A stretch of 64,000 nt of DNA from an uncultured Verrucomicrobiae bacterium (GTDB taxonomy: Bacteria; Verrucomicrobiota; Verrucomicrobiia; Chthoniobacterales; UBA10450), in NCBI GenBank assembly GCA_963801815.1, contig CAWDGJ010000002.1:384001-448000 (forward strand), given 5' to 3'. The notes below the pieces were generated by a model. The model was not told the origin of the DNA. It was given only the letters and a program-made list of their open reading frames with translations, and made no database searches. Shown here in pieces: positions 9,708 to 20,503 of this stretch. A program made the position numbers and the translations under genes. Numbering within the stretch: the stretch's first letter is position 1; the number at the start of each line of letters is the position of its first letter.

Positions 9708-9813
9708 TCTGGGTAGCACACGCGCCCTCGCGTGTCGCATTCGGTGCCTCGCCGAATGCATCCTGTCTGACGCCCGTATCTGCGAAAAGTTCGAGGCGCG
9801 TGTGCTCCCCGGA
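9708..9813. repeat. REP-like nested-hairpin element, family A, copy 1
   Basis: tctgggtagcacacgcgccctcgcgtg...cattcggtgcctcgccgaatg...gaggcgcgtgtgctccccgga; begins directly after the TAG stop. Confidence 0.7.
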
Positions 9814-9854
9814 ACCGATCCGTTTCATCCGCGCAATCCACGGCACCAGAATCG

Positions 9855-9931
9855 TCCGCCAAACACGCGAAACGACGCTAATCGGAGTCTTGAGTCTCTG
9901 ATTTTTCGCGTTCTTCAGCGTATTTAGCGGA
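9855..9931. repeat. Palindromic element with acgcgaa units
   Basis: tccgccaaacacgcgaaacgacgctaa ... ttttcgcgttcttcagcgtatttagcgga. Confidence 0.6.
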
Positions 9932-9957
9932 TCCAATCCCATTCTTCGCGTTCCACC

Positions 9958-9985
9958 TTGCGAGCGCTCGTGCCGCCGATAAGAT
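9958..9985 (+). promoter_or_regulatory. Putative sigma70 promoter, near-leaderless
   Basis: TTGCGA-N16-TAAGAT, 9 nt before the ATG at 9995. Confidence 0.4.
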
Positions 9986-9994
9986 CGACATCTT

Positions 9995-11189
9995 ATGGCG
10001 AAATATCGAATTGCTTGGATGCCGGGGGACGGCGTTGGACACGATGTGATGGAGGCCGCGCGCCTCGTGTTGGACCGGATGAAACTCGACGCCGAATACG
10101 TGCCTTGCGACATCGGCTGGGAATTTTGGTGCAAGGAAGGCAATGCGCTGCCTGACCGCACCGTCGAAGCTTTGAAAGGAACCACCTGTGGCCTTTTCGG
10201 CGCGATCACCAGCAAACCGCAATCGGAAGCGAAAGAAGAACTCGCGCCCGAACTTCAAGACAAAGGTCTTGTTTACTTTTCGCCGATCGTCGGGCTGCGG
10301 CAGCTGTTCAATCTCCACACCAACATGCGGCCGTGTAAAAGTTATCCGGGCAATCCGCTCAATTTTCGCGGCAACAAGATCACTAACCCGAGCGGCGAAG
10401 ACGTACCGATCGATCAGGTCGTCTTCCGCGAAAACACCGAAGGCATGTACGGCGGCGTCGAATTCTTTCCGTTGCCCGAGTCGGTTTACGAGGCGCTTTG
10501 CGCGAACCCGAAGATGAAGAAGTGGAAAGACAAGGCCGGTTTCGGAAACATCGCGCTCTCCACGCGGATCATGAGCAGGCAGGGCTGCACGAACATTTGC
10601 AAACAAGCGTTCGAGTTCGCCAAGAAAACCGGGCGCAAACGCGTCACGCTTGATCGAAAAACCGAACGTGCTACGCGAAACCGGCGGGCTAATGATGCGT
10701 TGCTTCAAAGACGTGGCGAAAAATTATCCGGACATCCGCGCCGACGACGCGAACATCGACGCGATCTGCATGTGGATGTTCAAGAACCCGCAGGATTACT
10801 CGGTGCTCGTGGCCGAAAACATGTTCGGCGACATCGTGAGCGATCTTTGCGCAGGCCTGGTCGGCGGACTCGGCTTCGCTCCAAGTGCGAATCTCGGCGA
10901 CAAATACGCAGTGTTCGAACCGACCCACGGTTCCGCGCCAAAATACGCCGGCCAGTACAAGGTGAACCCGATTGCAATGCTGCTAACCACCAAGCTGATG
11001 CTCGATTGGCTCAAAGAAACCGACAAAGCGACGCGTTTGGAATCGGCCATCGCGCGCGTGATCAAGGAAGGCAAAGTCCGCACCTACGACATGGGCGGAA
11101 AGAATTCCACCCTCGAAGTCGCCAAAGCCATTGCCGATTACGCCGCGCTTAACCGAGGATCGAATCGATATGGCAAAACAAGCAACTGA
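9995..11189 (+). CDS. Isocitrate/isopropylmalate dehydrogenase family, homoisocitrate dehydrogenase (Lys12)-like (frameshift near 10650)
   Basis: PGDGVG; LFGAITSKP; YFSPIVGLRQLFNLHTNMRP; FRENTEGMY; KPNVL; NMFGDIVSDLCAGLVGGLG; FEPTHGSAPK. Confidence 0.85.
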
Positions 11190-12632
11190 ATCGAAGACGT
11201 CTTCTCTCACACGTCATCGCGGAATGGGCGTGCGCGTTGAAATACGAAGATCTTTCGCCGGAAGCGATCCAGGCGGCGAAATTATTTTGGTTCGACTCGA
11301 TCGGCTGCGCGCTCGGCGGCAGCCAGCAGGAAGACGCGAAGATTTTGCTGAAGCATTATCGCGCGATGTCCGCCGCGGCGGACTCGTCCGGTGGCGAGGG
11401 CGGCAAAGGAAGGGCGACCGCGTTCGTCTCCGGTTTCAAAACCAATCCGGTCGATGCGGCGTTTCTCAACGGCCACATGATCCGGGCGATGGATTACAAC
11501 GACATTTATTGGAAAGCCGATCCGTGTCATCCGAGCGATCTCATCGCTGCGCCGCTCGCACTGTGCGAAAGCGAAGGACTGAGCGGCAAGGATCTGATTC
11601 TCGCCACGATCATCGCCTACGAAATCGAAATGCGACTTTGCGAAATCGGACGGCCCGGCGTGCGCGAATACGGCTGGCATCACGCGACGCTGAGCGCGTT
11701 CGCGGCGCCGGTCGCGGCAGGTCGCGTTCTGAATCTCACTGTCGATCAAATGGTTTCGGCGATCGGCATTAGCGCGGCGCGCACATTTTGTCCGGGCGCG
11801 GTAACGGCCGGAAAGCTGACGAACATGAAGAACACGGTCGATCCGTGGGCCGGACGAATGGGCGCGGAAAGCGCGCTGCTCGCGCGCGACGGATTTTCCG
11901 GACCGGAACACATCATCGACGGCAAGGAAGGTCTCTTCGCCGTGTTCAATCACGTGCAATACAAAGGACGAACCGGCGACGTTCGACGGCGAAGGCTTGG
12001 TCAAAGATCTGCCGAACTCGCCGAAATCGCATTACCGGATTCTCGATTGCGGAATGAAAAGTTTCCCGATCGAAGCGCTCAGTCACGCGCCGCTGACCGC
12101 GATGATGAAGACGATCAAGGAAAACAAGATCAAGGCCGACGACGTGAAGGAGATCAAAGTCGAAGTGATCGCGCGCGCGGCCGATATTCTGGGCGATCCG
12201 CACAAGTATCGGCCGGATTCAAAAGAAACCGCCGATCATTCGCTGCCGTATTGCATGGCGGTCGGACTGGTCGATGGAATGGTGACGCCGCTGCAATTCA
12301 AAGAAGAACGCGTGCTCGACAAATCGCTCATTCCGATCATGGACAAAGTGAAAGTGGTCGCGAACGAAGAGTTCGAAGCGCTCTTTCCGAAATTTCAGCC
12401 GAGCCGGGTGACGATCACGACCAACGACGGCAAGCAACATTCAACGCGTGTCGATGTTCCGAAAGGCGATCCGCGCGATCCGATGACCGAAGACGAAATC
12501 GCGGTGAAATTCACCGCGCTCGGCGGCGATGTGATCGGCAAGGATCAGTGCAAGAAATTGCAGCGCTGCATCATGAACATCGACAGCGCGAAGAATTTTA
12601 ACGAGCTGTTCGAACTAGCGACGGCGCGCTGA
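11170..12632 (+). CDS. prpD: MmgE/PrpD family dehydratase (frameshifts near 11215 and 11970)
   Basis: DSIGCALGG; AAFLNGHMIRAMDYND; CHPSD; GWHH; MKSFP; KETADHSLPY; PKGDPRDPM. Confidence 0.85.
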
Positions 12633-12642
12633 GTTCGAGGCA

Positions 12643-12782
12643 TCGGGGAGCGCACGCGCCTCGCGTGCTGGCGATGGCGCTTCGCCATCGCGAACTTTGC
12701 GAGTCAGTGCGCAGTGACGACTCGAAGCATTTCGGCGAGGGCGCCGAAATGCGCATCGCGCGGCGCGTGCGCTCGACCCAGA
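12643..12782. repeat. REP-like nested-hairpin element, family A, copy 2
   Basis: Shares 31 identical nt (ggggagcgcacgcgcctcgcgtgctggcgat) with copy 3; inner hairpins gcgatggcg/cgccatcgc and atttcggcg/cgccgaaat; lies between convergent genes. Confidence 0.8.
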
Positions 12783-14327
12783 CTACACGGTTTCGCTGCC
12801 CGTCGCCGCACCAAACTCGAATTCCCTGCGCGAGCGGAAGCTCGGTCGAGAAATTGATCGTGTTGGTCTGGCGACGCATGTACTTCTTCCAGCAATCGCT
12901 CCCGCTTTCGCGTCCGCCGCCGGTATTTTTTTCGCCGCCGAACGCGCCGCCAATTTCCGCGCCGCTGGTTCCCGTGTTCACGTTCGCGATTCCGCAATCG
13001 CTCCCTACCACGCTCACGAATTTCTCCGCTTCGCGCACGTCGTTCGTGAAAATCGAGCTGGTCAGTCCCTGCGGCACGCCGTTCTGGATCGCGATCGCTT
13101 CGTCGAAATCGCGATACGTCATCAAGTAGAGCAGCGGCCCGAAGGTTTCTTCGTGAACGATCTTGAAATTCGGTTTTGCGTTCGCGAGGCACGGCGTCAT
13201 GTAGCAGCCGCCCGGCATATCCATCGCGTTCCCCGCCGTAAAGAACTTCGCCGCCTTCGTCTTTCAGTTTCTGAATCGAATCCTGCACCATGTCGACAGC
13301 GCCTTTGTCGATCAAAGGTCCCATCAACGTCTTCTCGTCCAGCGGGTTCCCGATTGGCAGCGATTTGTAGGCGCTGAAAGAAGTTTCGTGCGCACTTTGT
13401 CGGCGATCGATTCGTGCATGATCACGCGCCGGGTGGAAGTGCAACGCTGACCGGCCGTTCCGACCGCGCCGAAGAAAATCGATTGCGTCGCCATTTCGAG
13501 GTCGGCAGTCGGGCAACGATGAGCGCATTGTTGCCGCCGAGTTCCATGATCGTTTTGCCCAGCCGACCATGAACTGTCTTTCGCGACGTTCAAACCCATC
13601 GCGACCGAGCCAGTCGCGGAAACCAACGGAACGCTGGGGATCGTTGGACAGTTTTTCGCCAACACTCTTTCGATCGCCCATCAGCAAACTGAAAATCGCC
13701 GGATCGGCCCCGGTATCGCGACAGACGCGCTCGGCAATTTTTGTGACTGCAATCGCGGTCAGCGGAGTTTTTTCGGACGCTTTCCAAATCGTTGCGTCAC
13801 CGCAGACGGCGGCCAGCGCCGCGTTCCACGACCAGACCGCGACTGGAAAATTGAATGCGCTGATCACCGCGACAAGACCGAGCGGATGCCATTGCTCCAT
13901 CAAACGATGACTTGGCCGTTCCGATTGAATGGTCAGGCCGTAGAGCATTCGCGATTGGCCGACGGCAAAATCGCAGATGTCGATCATCTCCTGCACTTCG
14001 CCTTCGCCTTCGGCGAGAATCTTGCCGGTCTCGAGCGTCACGAGTTGACCGAGCTCGTGCTTTAGCTTCGCGAAGCGCGTTGCCAAGACGACGAACGGTA
14101 TCGCCGCGAACGGGCCCCGGAGTGTTGCGCCATTTCTCGAACGCTTCGTGCGCGCGCGCGATCGTCTTCTCGTAATCGTCGTCCGACGCCGTCCGAATAC
14201 TGGCCAGTCTTCTTTCCGTCGATCGGGCGAGATCTTGTCGATCTTCGCTGCCGCCGCCGCGCCATTCGCCGTCGAAAACTCCAGCGTTTTCCTCGGTTAG
14301 ACCAAGTTTTTCGAAGACTGATTTCAT
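12783..14327 (-). CDS. pcd: Aldehyde dehydrogenase family 7 (piperideine-6-carboxylate / aminoadipate semialdehyde dehydrogenase), multiple frameshifts
   Basis: Fragments across frames: GEGEVQEMIDICDFAVGQSR, ISAFNFPVAVWSWN, GTAGQRCTSTRR, SDCGIANVNTGTSGAEIGGAFGGEK.TGGGRESGSD; stop TAG at 12785-12783. Confidence 0.85.
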
Positions 14328-14365
14328 CGTTACGCTTCAACCCTTCAACGCTCCAACGGTTCAAC

Positions 14366-15704
14366 CTATTTCCGCTTCCGGCAATACTGCCGGATCAATC
14401 CCATCGCTTCGTCGACGACTTCGGCGGTGATATCGAGCGCGGGACGAAAACGAATCGAACGCTCGCCGGACCGCAACGTGAGAACCCCGAGATCGTAAAG
14501 CCCTTTCCAAAATTCTTCGCGGGTTCGCCGTCGGGCAGATCGAAGGCGATGAACAATCCCCGACCGCGCACGGCGGTAGATCATTGGTTCGTACTGCTGC
14601 AATTCGCGCAGCTGTTCCAGAAAATGTGCGCCGACTTTGGCCGCGTTCTCGACCAGAAATTCCTCTTCGATGATGTGCATGAAATGGGTCGAACGAACCA
14701 TGTCGGTCAGATTGCCGCCCCAGGTTGAATTCAAACGGCTCGGCAAACGAATCGCGTTGTCTTTCACTTCATCGAGACGCGGCCCGGCCATGATGCCGCA
14801 GACCTGCGCCTTCTTTCCGAACGCCATCAGATCTGGCAACACGTCGAAATGCTGGCAGCACCACGTTTTGCCGGTCGTTCCCAATGCCGGTTTGCACTTC
14901 GTCGAAAATGAGCAGGATGTCGTTCTCGTCACAGATTTCGCGGAGCTTCTTCAACCATTCGCCGCGAAAATGATTGTCGCCGCCTTCGCCCTGGATCGGT
15001 TCGATGATGATGGCGCAGATGTCGATCTTGCGTTTAGCGATCCAACTTTGAATTTCCTGCGCCGCTTTCTTTTCTCGCGAGATCACGTCTTTTTCGCGTT
15101 CCGATTCCGGCAATGAAAAATCGATGTACGGACACGAAACGCGCGGCCAATCGAACTTGGCGAACAAATCCGTCTTGCGCGGATCGGTGTTAGTGAGGCT
15201 CATGGTGTAACCACTGCGTCCATGAAACGCGTGACGAAAATGCAAAATCTGGTGCCGCGCTCGCCATGACCAGCCGCCATGTTCTTGCGCACTTTCCAAT
15301 CCATCGCCGCCTTGAGCGTGTTCTCGACCGCGAGCGCGCCGCCTTCGATGAAGAGGTAGCGATCAAGCGGCGGCAAACCGGCGACGCGCGCAAACGTTTC
15401 GACAAACTTCGGCGTAAGCCTTCGAGTAAACGTCCGAGTTCGCGACTTTTACTTTCGCCGCGCGCAAAAGATCGCGCTGAACGTCCGGCTCATCGAAATA
15501 CGGATGATTAAATCCGATCGGCATCGAGCCGAAGAAACCGTAGAGATCGATCAACCGATGACCGCTCGCGGCGTCGACCAGATAAGAGCCGCGGCTTTTC
15601 TCCAGATCGATGACGATCTTGAAGCCATCGAGCAAAATGTGCTCGTCGAGCACGTTAAGCACGCGCGACGCGTCGACAGATTTTTTATTTTTGCTCTTAC
15701 TCAA
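14366..15704 (-). CDS. lat: L-lysine 6-transaminase (class III PLP aminotransferase), multiple frameshifts
   Basis: [96 protein letters not shown]. Exact start uncertain. Confidence 0.88.
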
Positions 15705-15787
15705 ACGCGGCCGCGACGCTGCGGGCCGCCTCGGTGAGCATGGGCGGCATACTCATCCGTTGATCGTAGTCTGAGCGGAGAATGCGG

Positions 15788-16380
15788 TCAACCTGTCGGA
15801 CGACGCGAGGTTACTTGCGTACTCGAAGATCGCGCTTGTTTTTCGGCGGCCGCTTTTGCCAGGGCTGCCTCGTACTGCCCGAGTTCGGCGTCGTAAGCGA
15901 TATTGCCTTGCACGTCACTGTGAAGAAGATCGCGCTTTTTCAAACGCAGCGCGTCGGCCCACACCTCCAATCGCTCGAATTCGCTGATTATTCGCGGCGC
16001 GACGCTCCGACAAATCTGACTTCGCGATCTTGCTCGACCGCATAATGATTCGGAGGGGCCGCCGGAGCGTTCGCAGATTCTAAAATGTCGCCATCGACGC
16101 AGATTCGGAAAAGCGCCCGGCTGCTACAAAGAAAATAGGCGAGCACGCACGGCAAGGACGGCCAACCGAAAGTAACGCGACGTCGGCGCGACTTCGGGAT
16201 AACTTAAACGAAACAACAGCGGTCCAAACGGCAGAAAAGATGCCCAAGCCCCACCAAACGCTGACGCCAAAAGCGCCGCGCCAGCGAGAAGAATCACGAC
16301 CGATCAGAGCGCACACCGCTCCTATTCCCAGAAAAATCCATCCGGCCACGCGTTGGCTTTGAGCAGGCGGAATGCCAGAA
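15788..16380 (-). CDS. Hypothetical membrane-anchored protein, frameshifted
   Basis: Hydrophobic segments (16080-16412 ORF) followed, after frame changes, by a helical tail LEVWADALRLKKRDLLHSD...AELGQYEAALAKAAAEK. Boundaries approximate. Confidence 0.4.
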
Positions 16381-16431
16381 ATCTGCAGCGGCGGTCTACG
16401 CCCGCCGACCATACCAACTGCGTAACCGCCG

Positions 16432-18358
16432 CTACCTGACCATCCCGTCGCGCAGGCTTGAATGCTTCCCGGCCATCAGTTCCTGCGTCAGTTGATAACC
16501 GCGCTTGTCGACGTTCTCCGCGGCGCCGGCAAAATAATGGTCGATCCGGGCCTTGGCCGAATTGCAGAAATAATTGGCGACCGATAAAACTTCGTCCGCC
16601 GATTCGCCATGATCGATTTTGTATTGCGCGAACGAACAGCTCGCGCTCATCGCGAACAGTTCAGTCGCAATGCCAACGAAGCGCGAAAGCAAAAGTTGCT
16701 CGCGATCGAGCTTCGGACCGAACCGCGCCATCGCGTGAAACAATCCTCGCGCCAATTTCTTGCTCGTGCGCGCGGCGTAATCGACGTGCTTTTGCAAATC
16801 GCGATGGAGACCATCGATCTTGCCCGCGCCGGTGGAGAACCATTGTCGCGGATACCAGCCGGCATAAAATTTTCCGGATGTGAAAACGGCCTTGAGCCGT
16901 TCCGACATCGGGAGAGTGGTATTGAAAATCGCGCCACCAACTTTCAAATGCGGATCGAGCGCTTCGCGAGCAATGAACAGCCGCATGATTTCGCTCGAGC
17001 CTTCGAAAATCATATTGATCCGGCAATCGCGCAGGAACCGTTCGACTGGCACGCCTTCTTCGCCGCGGCCTTTCAACGATTGCGCGGTTTCGTAACCGCG
17101 TCCGCCGCGCACCTGCATGGCGTCGTCCGAAATTTTCCAGGTCGTTTCCGTCGACCACATTTTGCACATCGCGGTTTCGATTCGCAGATCGCCGGACTTG
17201 CGATCCACCAAACCCGAAGTGAGAAACGTGATCGCCTCCATCGCGAAAACGTTGCCTGCCATCTCGGCGACCTTTCCCGCGATCGCCGAATGTTTTCCTA
17301 TCGGTCCGCCCCATTGAACTCGTTCGGTCGCCCATTTGCGGCAAATTTCGAGCAACCGCTTTGACAATCCGACGCACGCAGCCGGAATTGTGAGCCGGCC
17401 GGTGTTCAACGTCGTCAGTGCGACTTTCAACCCCTGGCCTTCCTTCGCGATCATGTTTTCGCGAGGCACGCGCACGTTGGTAAATTTGACGATCCCATTG
17501 TAAAGCGCCCGCAATCCCATGAAACGGCAGCGATAAGTGATCTCCAGTCCCGGTGAATCGACATCGACAATGAAAGCGGTGATTTGTTTGCGCTCTCTGC
17601 CGTTAACGATCTTCGGCGCCGTTACGGCCATGACGACGAGGACTCCAGCCTTGATCAGGTTCGTGCACCAAAGTTTTTCGCCGTTCAGGATGAAGGCCGA
17701 GCCGTCTTCGGTCGGGTCCGCCCGCAAACTCATGTTCGCCGGATCCGACCCCGCGTTCCATTCGGTCAACGCAAACGCGGAGATCTCCTTTCGCGCGACC
17801 CGTGGCAGATATTTTTTCTTTTGCTCGTCCGTTCCGAACAACAGTAGCGGCTGCGGAACGCCGATTGATTGGTGCGCGGAAACCAGCGCGGTCAGATTTG
17901 CGTCCCAACTTCCGAGCAACATCGCCGCGCGCCCATAATTTACCTGCGATAAACCGAGCCCTTCGGTACTGCTTCGGGATTTTCACGCCGAACGCGCCCA
18001 TCGCGAAAAGTTCGTCGATGTTCTTTTGCGGAATTTCGCCGGTTCGATCGATCTCGTCGGCATCAACATTTTCGCGCAGGTAATTTTCCAGACTCGCCAG
18101 AAAATCTTTCCCGGCCGCGCGGTCCTCCGCGCTCTGCTCCGGCCACGGATAAATTCGATTGAAATCGTAGCGGCCGATAAAAAGGTTGCTCGCGAAACTG
18201 CCGCGTTCATCCAGCGGATCGCGAGATGCTTCGGCCAGTTCGAGTGCCTCCCGCTTGCCCTTCGACATTTTGGAAGTGTCGATGACTGAAACGGGCGCGG
18301 CCTTGGCGCTGGTTTCCTCGCGAACCTGTTTGTCAGGAGCTTCCAGTGACGATTTCAT
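16432..18358 (-). CDS. Acyl-CoA dehydrogenase (ACADVL/FadE-like), frameshift near 17960
   Basis: SAHQSIG; AFALTE..AGSDPA; LNGEKLWCTN; LNTGRL; R.QWG..IGKH; GGRGY; RINMIFEGSSEI. Start overlaps the upstream stop (ATGA). Confidence 0.88.
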
Positions 18359-20415
18359 GACTTGTAAAATCTTGTTCCGTCGCGCGCGTGCTTCTTCAAA
18401 ATCTCGCACGGTTCAAATTTTTCTTCCCTCTGCGCGATCCGGTTCATTTCGTCGACCATGTTCTTCAAACCAAAATGTTCCGCGAATCGCAAAGGTCCGC
18501 CCCGAGTCGGCGCGAAGCCCGTTCCGAGAATCATTCCGTAATCGGCATCCTCGGGCGATTCGACCACTTTTTCTTCCACGCAACGCGCTGCTTCATTGAC
18601 CATCAGGAACATCAACCGGTTGGCAAGATCGCCTTCCACTTCTGCGTCGCCGCTCCGCCGCCATTGATTGAGCGATTCGTTGGGCGATTGCGTCTTACCT
18701 TCGTATTTGAAAAAACCGCCGCCACTCTTGCGCCCGAGCATTTTCGCCTCCCGCATCTTCGTCAGAATCGTGGCGGTGGAGTCACGTTTGCCGTAAGCTT
18801 TTTCCAGAGTCGTCGCAATGTCGATAGTCACGTCAATTCCGATTTCATCGATCAATCGAAGCGGGCCCATTGGCATTCCCCATTTCAACAGCGCGTTGTC
18901 AATTTTCTCTCCATCGATGCCGCTCTCGAAAAGCCCGGCCGCGTCGAGCAAGTAGGGAAACAGAACACGATTAACCAGGAATCCGGGACTGTCCCGGACG
19001 ACCACTGGAACCTTCATGACCTGGCGAACAAACGCCAAAGACTGCTCCTTCGTTACTTCCGACGTTTCCCTGGCAATAACAACCTCAACCAGTTTCATCC
19101 GGCTGACCGGATTGAAGAAATGCAAACCGATCACGTGATCGGGCGAGACGGTGCAATGCGCGAGTTCGCTCACTGGCAGGGCCGAGGTGTTCGTCGCGAC
19201 GATGGTTTTCGAGCCGGCCTGCATTGATAGCTCGCGAAAGATTTCCCGTTTGATTTCCATCTTTTCCGACGCGGCTTCGATCACGAACTGGACGTCGCGC
19301 AATTCCATCGGCGCGCAGGAAGCAACGATGCGTGACCGGCCCTGCGTCGCTTTCTCCTCGCTCATCAAGCCGCGTTTCACGGTGTCGTTGTAAATTTTTT
19401 CGATGTTGGCGAGGCCGCGATCGAGAAATTCGCGATTCACGTCGCGCAAAATCACGGTGACGCCACGCGAGCTGAGCCATTGCGCAATTCCGGAACCCAT
19501 CACGCCGGCGCCAATGACTGCTGCGTGCATCACTTTTGGAAACTCGGTTTTGGAAGCGCTTTTCTTATATTTTTCGGCGAGAAAAAAATTCCGGATCAAG
19601 TTCTGAGTGGATTCCGTTTTGCCAAGATCAACAATCGCCTCCAATTCCAAACCCAACGATTCGTCGACCGAGTTACGGCTGGCGGCATTGATAATCCCAA
19701 GTGCGCGCGCCTGCGCCGATTTCGGATCGGATGGAAGGGTCGTCTTTGCTTGCGACGCCGAAGCTTTTGCGGGCGCGCGCTTCCCCTCACCAAGTTTGCG
19801 GCGCGCGGCCTCGAGAAGTTTTTCCCTCGGCGCAACTTCATCGACCAGACCAAGCCTTAAGGCTTCGCTGGCTGAGTAAAGTTTGCCTTTCAAGATCACT
19901 TCCGCGGCGTTGGCCTCACCAATCAGTCGAGGCAAACGTGTGCTGCCGCCCCAAGCCGGAATCAAGCCGAGCGTCGTTTCCGGTAAACCGATTCGGGTCG
20001 CTGGTTCGTCCGAGGCGACCCGCCAATCACAAGCCAGGGTAACTTCGTAACCGCCGCCCGCAGTCGCGCCGTGAATCGCCGCTACCGTCGGGATCTTGAG
20101 CGCGGCGATTCGATTGAATACGCGCTGACCTTCGGCAATGAACCCGCGCATCTCACCCGTCGGCGCCTGTTTCAACAGGGTTTTCAAATCGGCGCCGGCG
20201 ATGAAGATCGATTTCTTCGCTGAGGTAATGATCAAACCGCGCAATGAGCTGTCGCGTTCGATCACATCGACGTGTTCGCTCAACTCGCTCATGGTCGCGG
20301 CATCGAAAATGTTCGCGCCCGATTCGGGCCGATCGAAGGTCAAAATGCACACGCGGTCATCGCCTATTTCGCGTTGAATAAGTCCGCTTGTAGCAACCGA
20401 GGGCATTCCATTCAT
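18355..20415 (-). CDS. Enoyl-CoA hydratase / 3-hydroxyacyl-CoA dehydrogenase (FadB/FadJ-like)
   Basis: FIAGADL; AGGGYE; GLPETTLGLIPAWGG; VIGAGVMGSGIA; TNTSAL; GLHFFNPV; PGFLVNR. Confidence 0.92.
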   Translation of the reverse strand: MNGMPSVATSGLIQREIGDDRVCILTFDRPESGANIFDAATMSELSEHVDVIERDSSLRGLIITSAKKSIFIAGADLKTLLKQAPTGEMRGFIAEGQRVFNRIAALKIPTVAAIHGATAGGGYEVTLACDWRVASDEPATRIGLPETTLGLIPAWGGSTRLPRLIGEANAAEVILKGKLYSASEALRLGLVDEVAPREKLLEAARRKLGEGKRAPAKASASQAKTTLPSDPKSAQARALGIINAASRNSVDESLGLELEAIVDLGKTESTQNLIRNFFLAEKYKKSASKTEFPKVMHAAVIGAGVMGSGIAQWLSSRGVTVILRDVNREFLDRGLANIEKIYNDTVKRGLMSEEKATQGRSRIVASCAPMELRDVQFVIEAASEKMEIKREIFRELSMQAGSKTIVATNTSALPVSELAHCTVSPDHVIGLHFFNPVSRMKLVEVVIARETSEVTKEQSLAFVRQVMKVPVVVRDSPGFLVNRVLFPYLLDAAGLFESGIDGEKIDNALLKWGMPMGPLRLIDEIGIDVTIDIATTLEKAYGKRDSTATILTKMREAKMLGRKSGGGFFKYEGKTQSPNESLNQWRRSGDAEVEGDLANRLMFLMVNEAARCVEEKVVESPEDADYGMILGTGFAPTRGGPLRFAEHFGLKNMVDEMNRIAQREEKFEPCEILKKHARDGTRFYKS

Positions 20416-20503
20416 ATAGGGTTATTTCCGGCAAATTCCAAGTGCGGAACGATTGCTCTTGATTGGGCGCAGTGATACAAAACTCGGGCGCGCGGAGGTC
20501 ATT

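Noticed and set aside
7728..11189. Leucine biosynthesis leuCD-leuB
   Set aside because: The single-chain Lys4-like architecture and motifs fit homoaconitase better, and there is no leuA nearby.
7300..18000. Dense frameshifts suggesting mass pseudogenisation or programmed frameshifting of the metabolic cluster
   Set aside because: Those I traced are single-base indels with intact catalytic motifs on both sides and no consistent slippery sites. The same error type hits the essential frr gene, so long-read consensus error is more likely. Read-level checking is needed.
20416..20503. M-box riboswitch or leader peptide upstream of mgtE
   Set aside because: The intergenic gap is under 90 nt and is shared with a divergent gene; no matching motif was seen.
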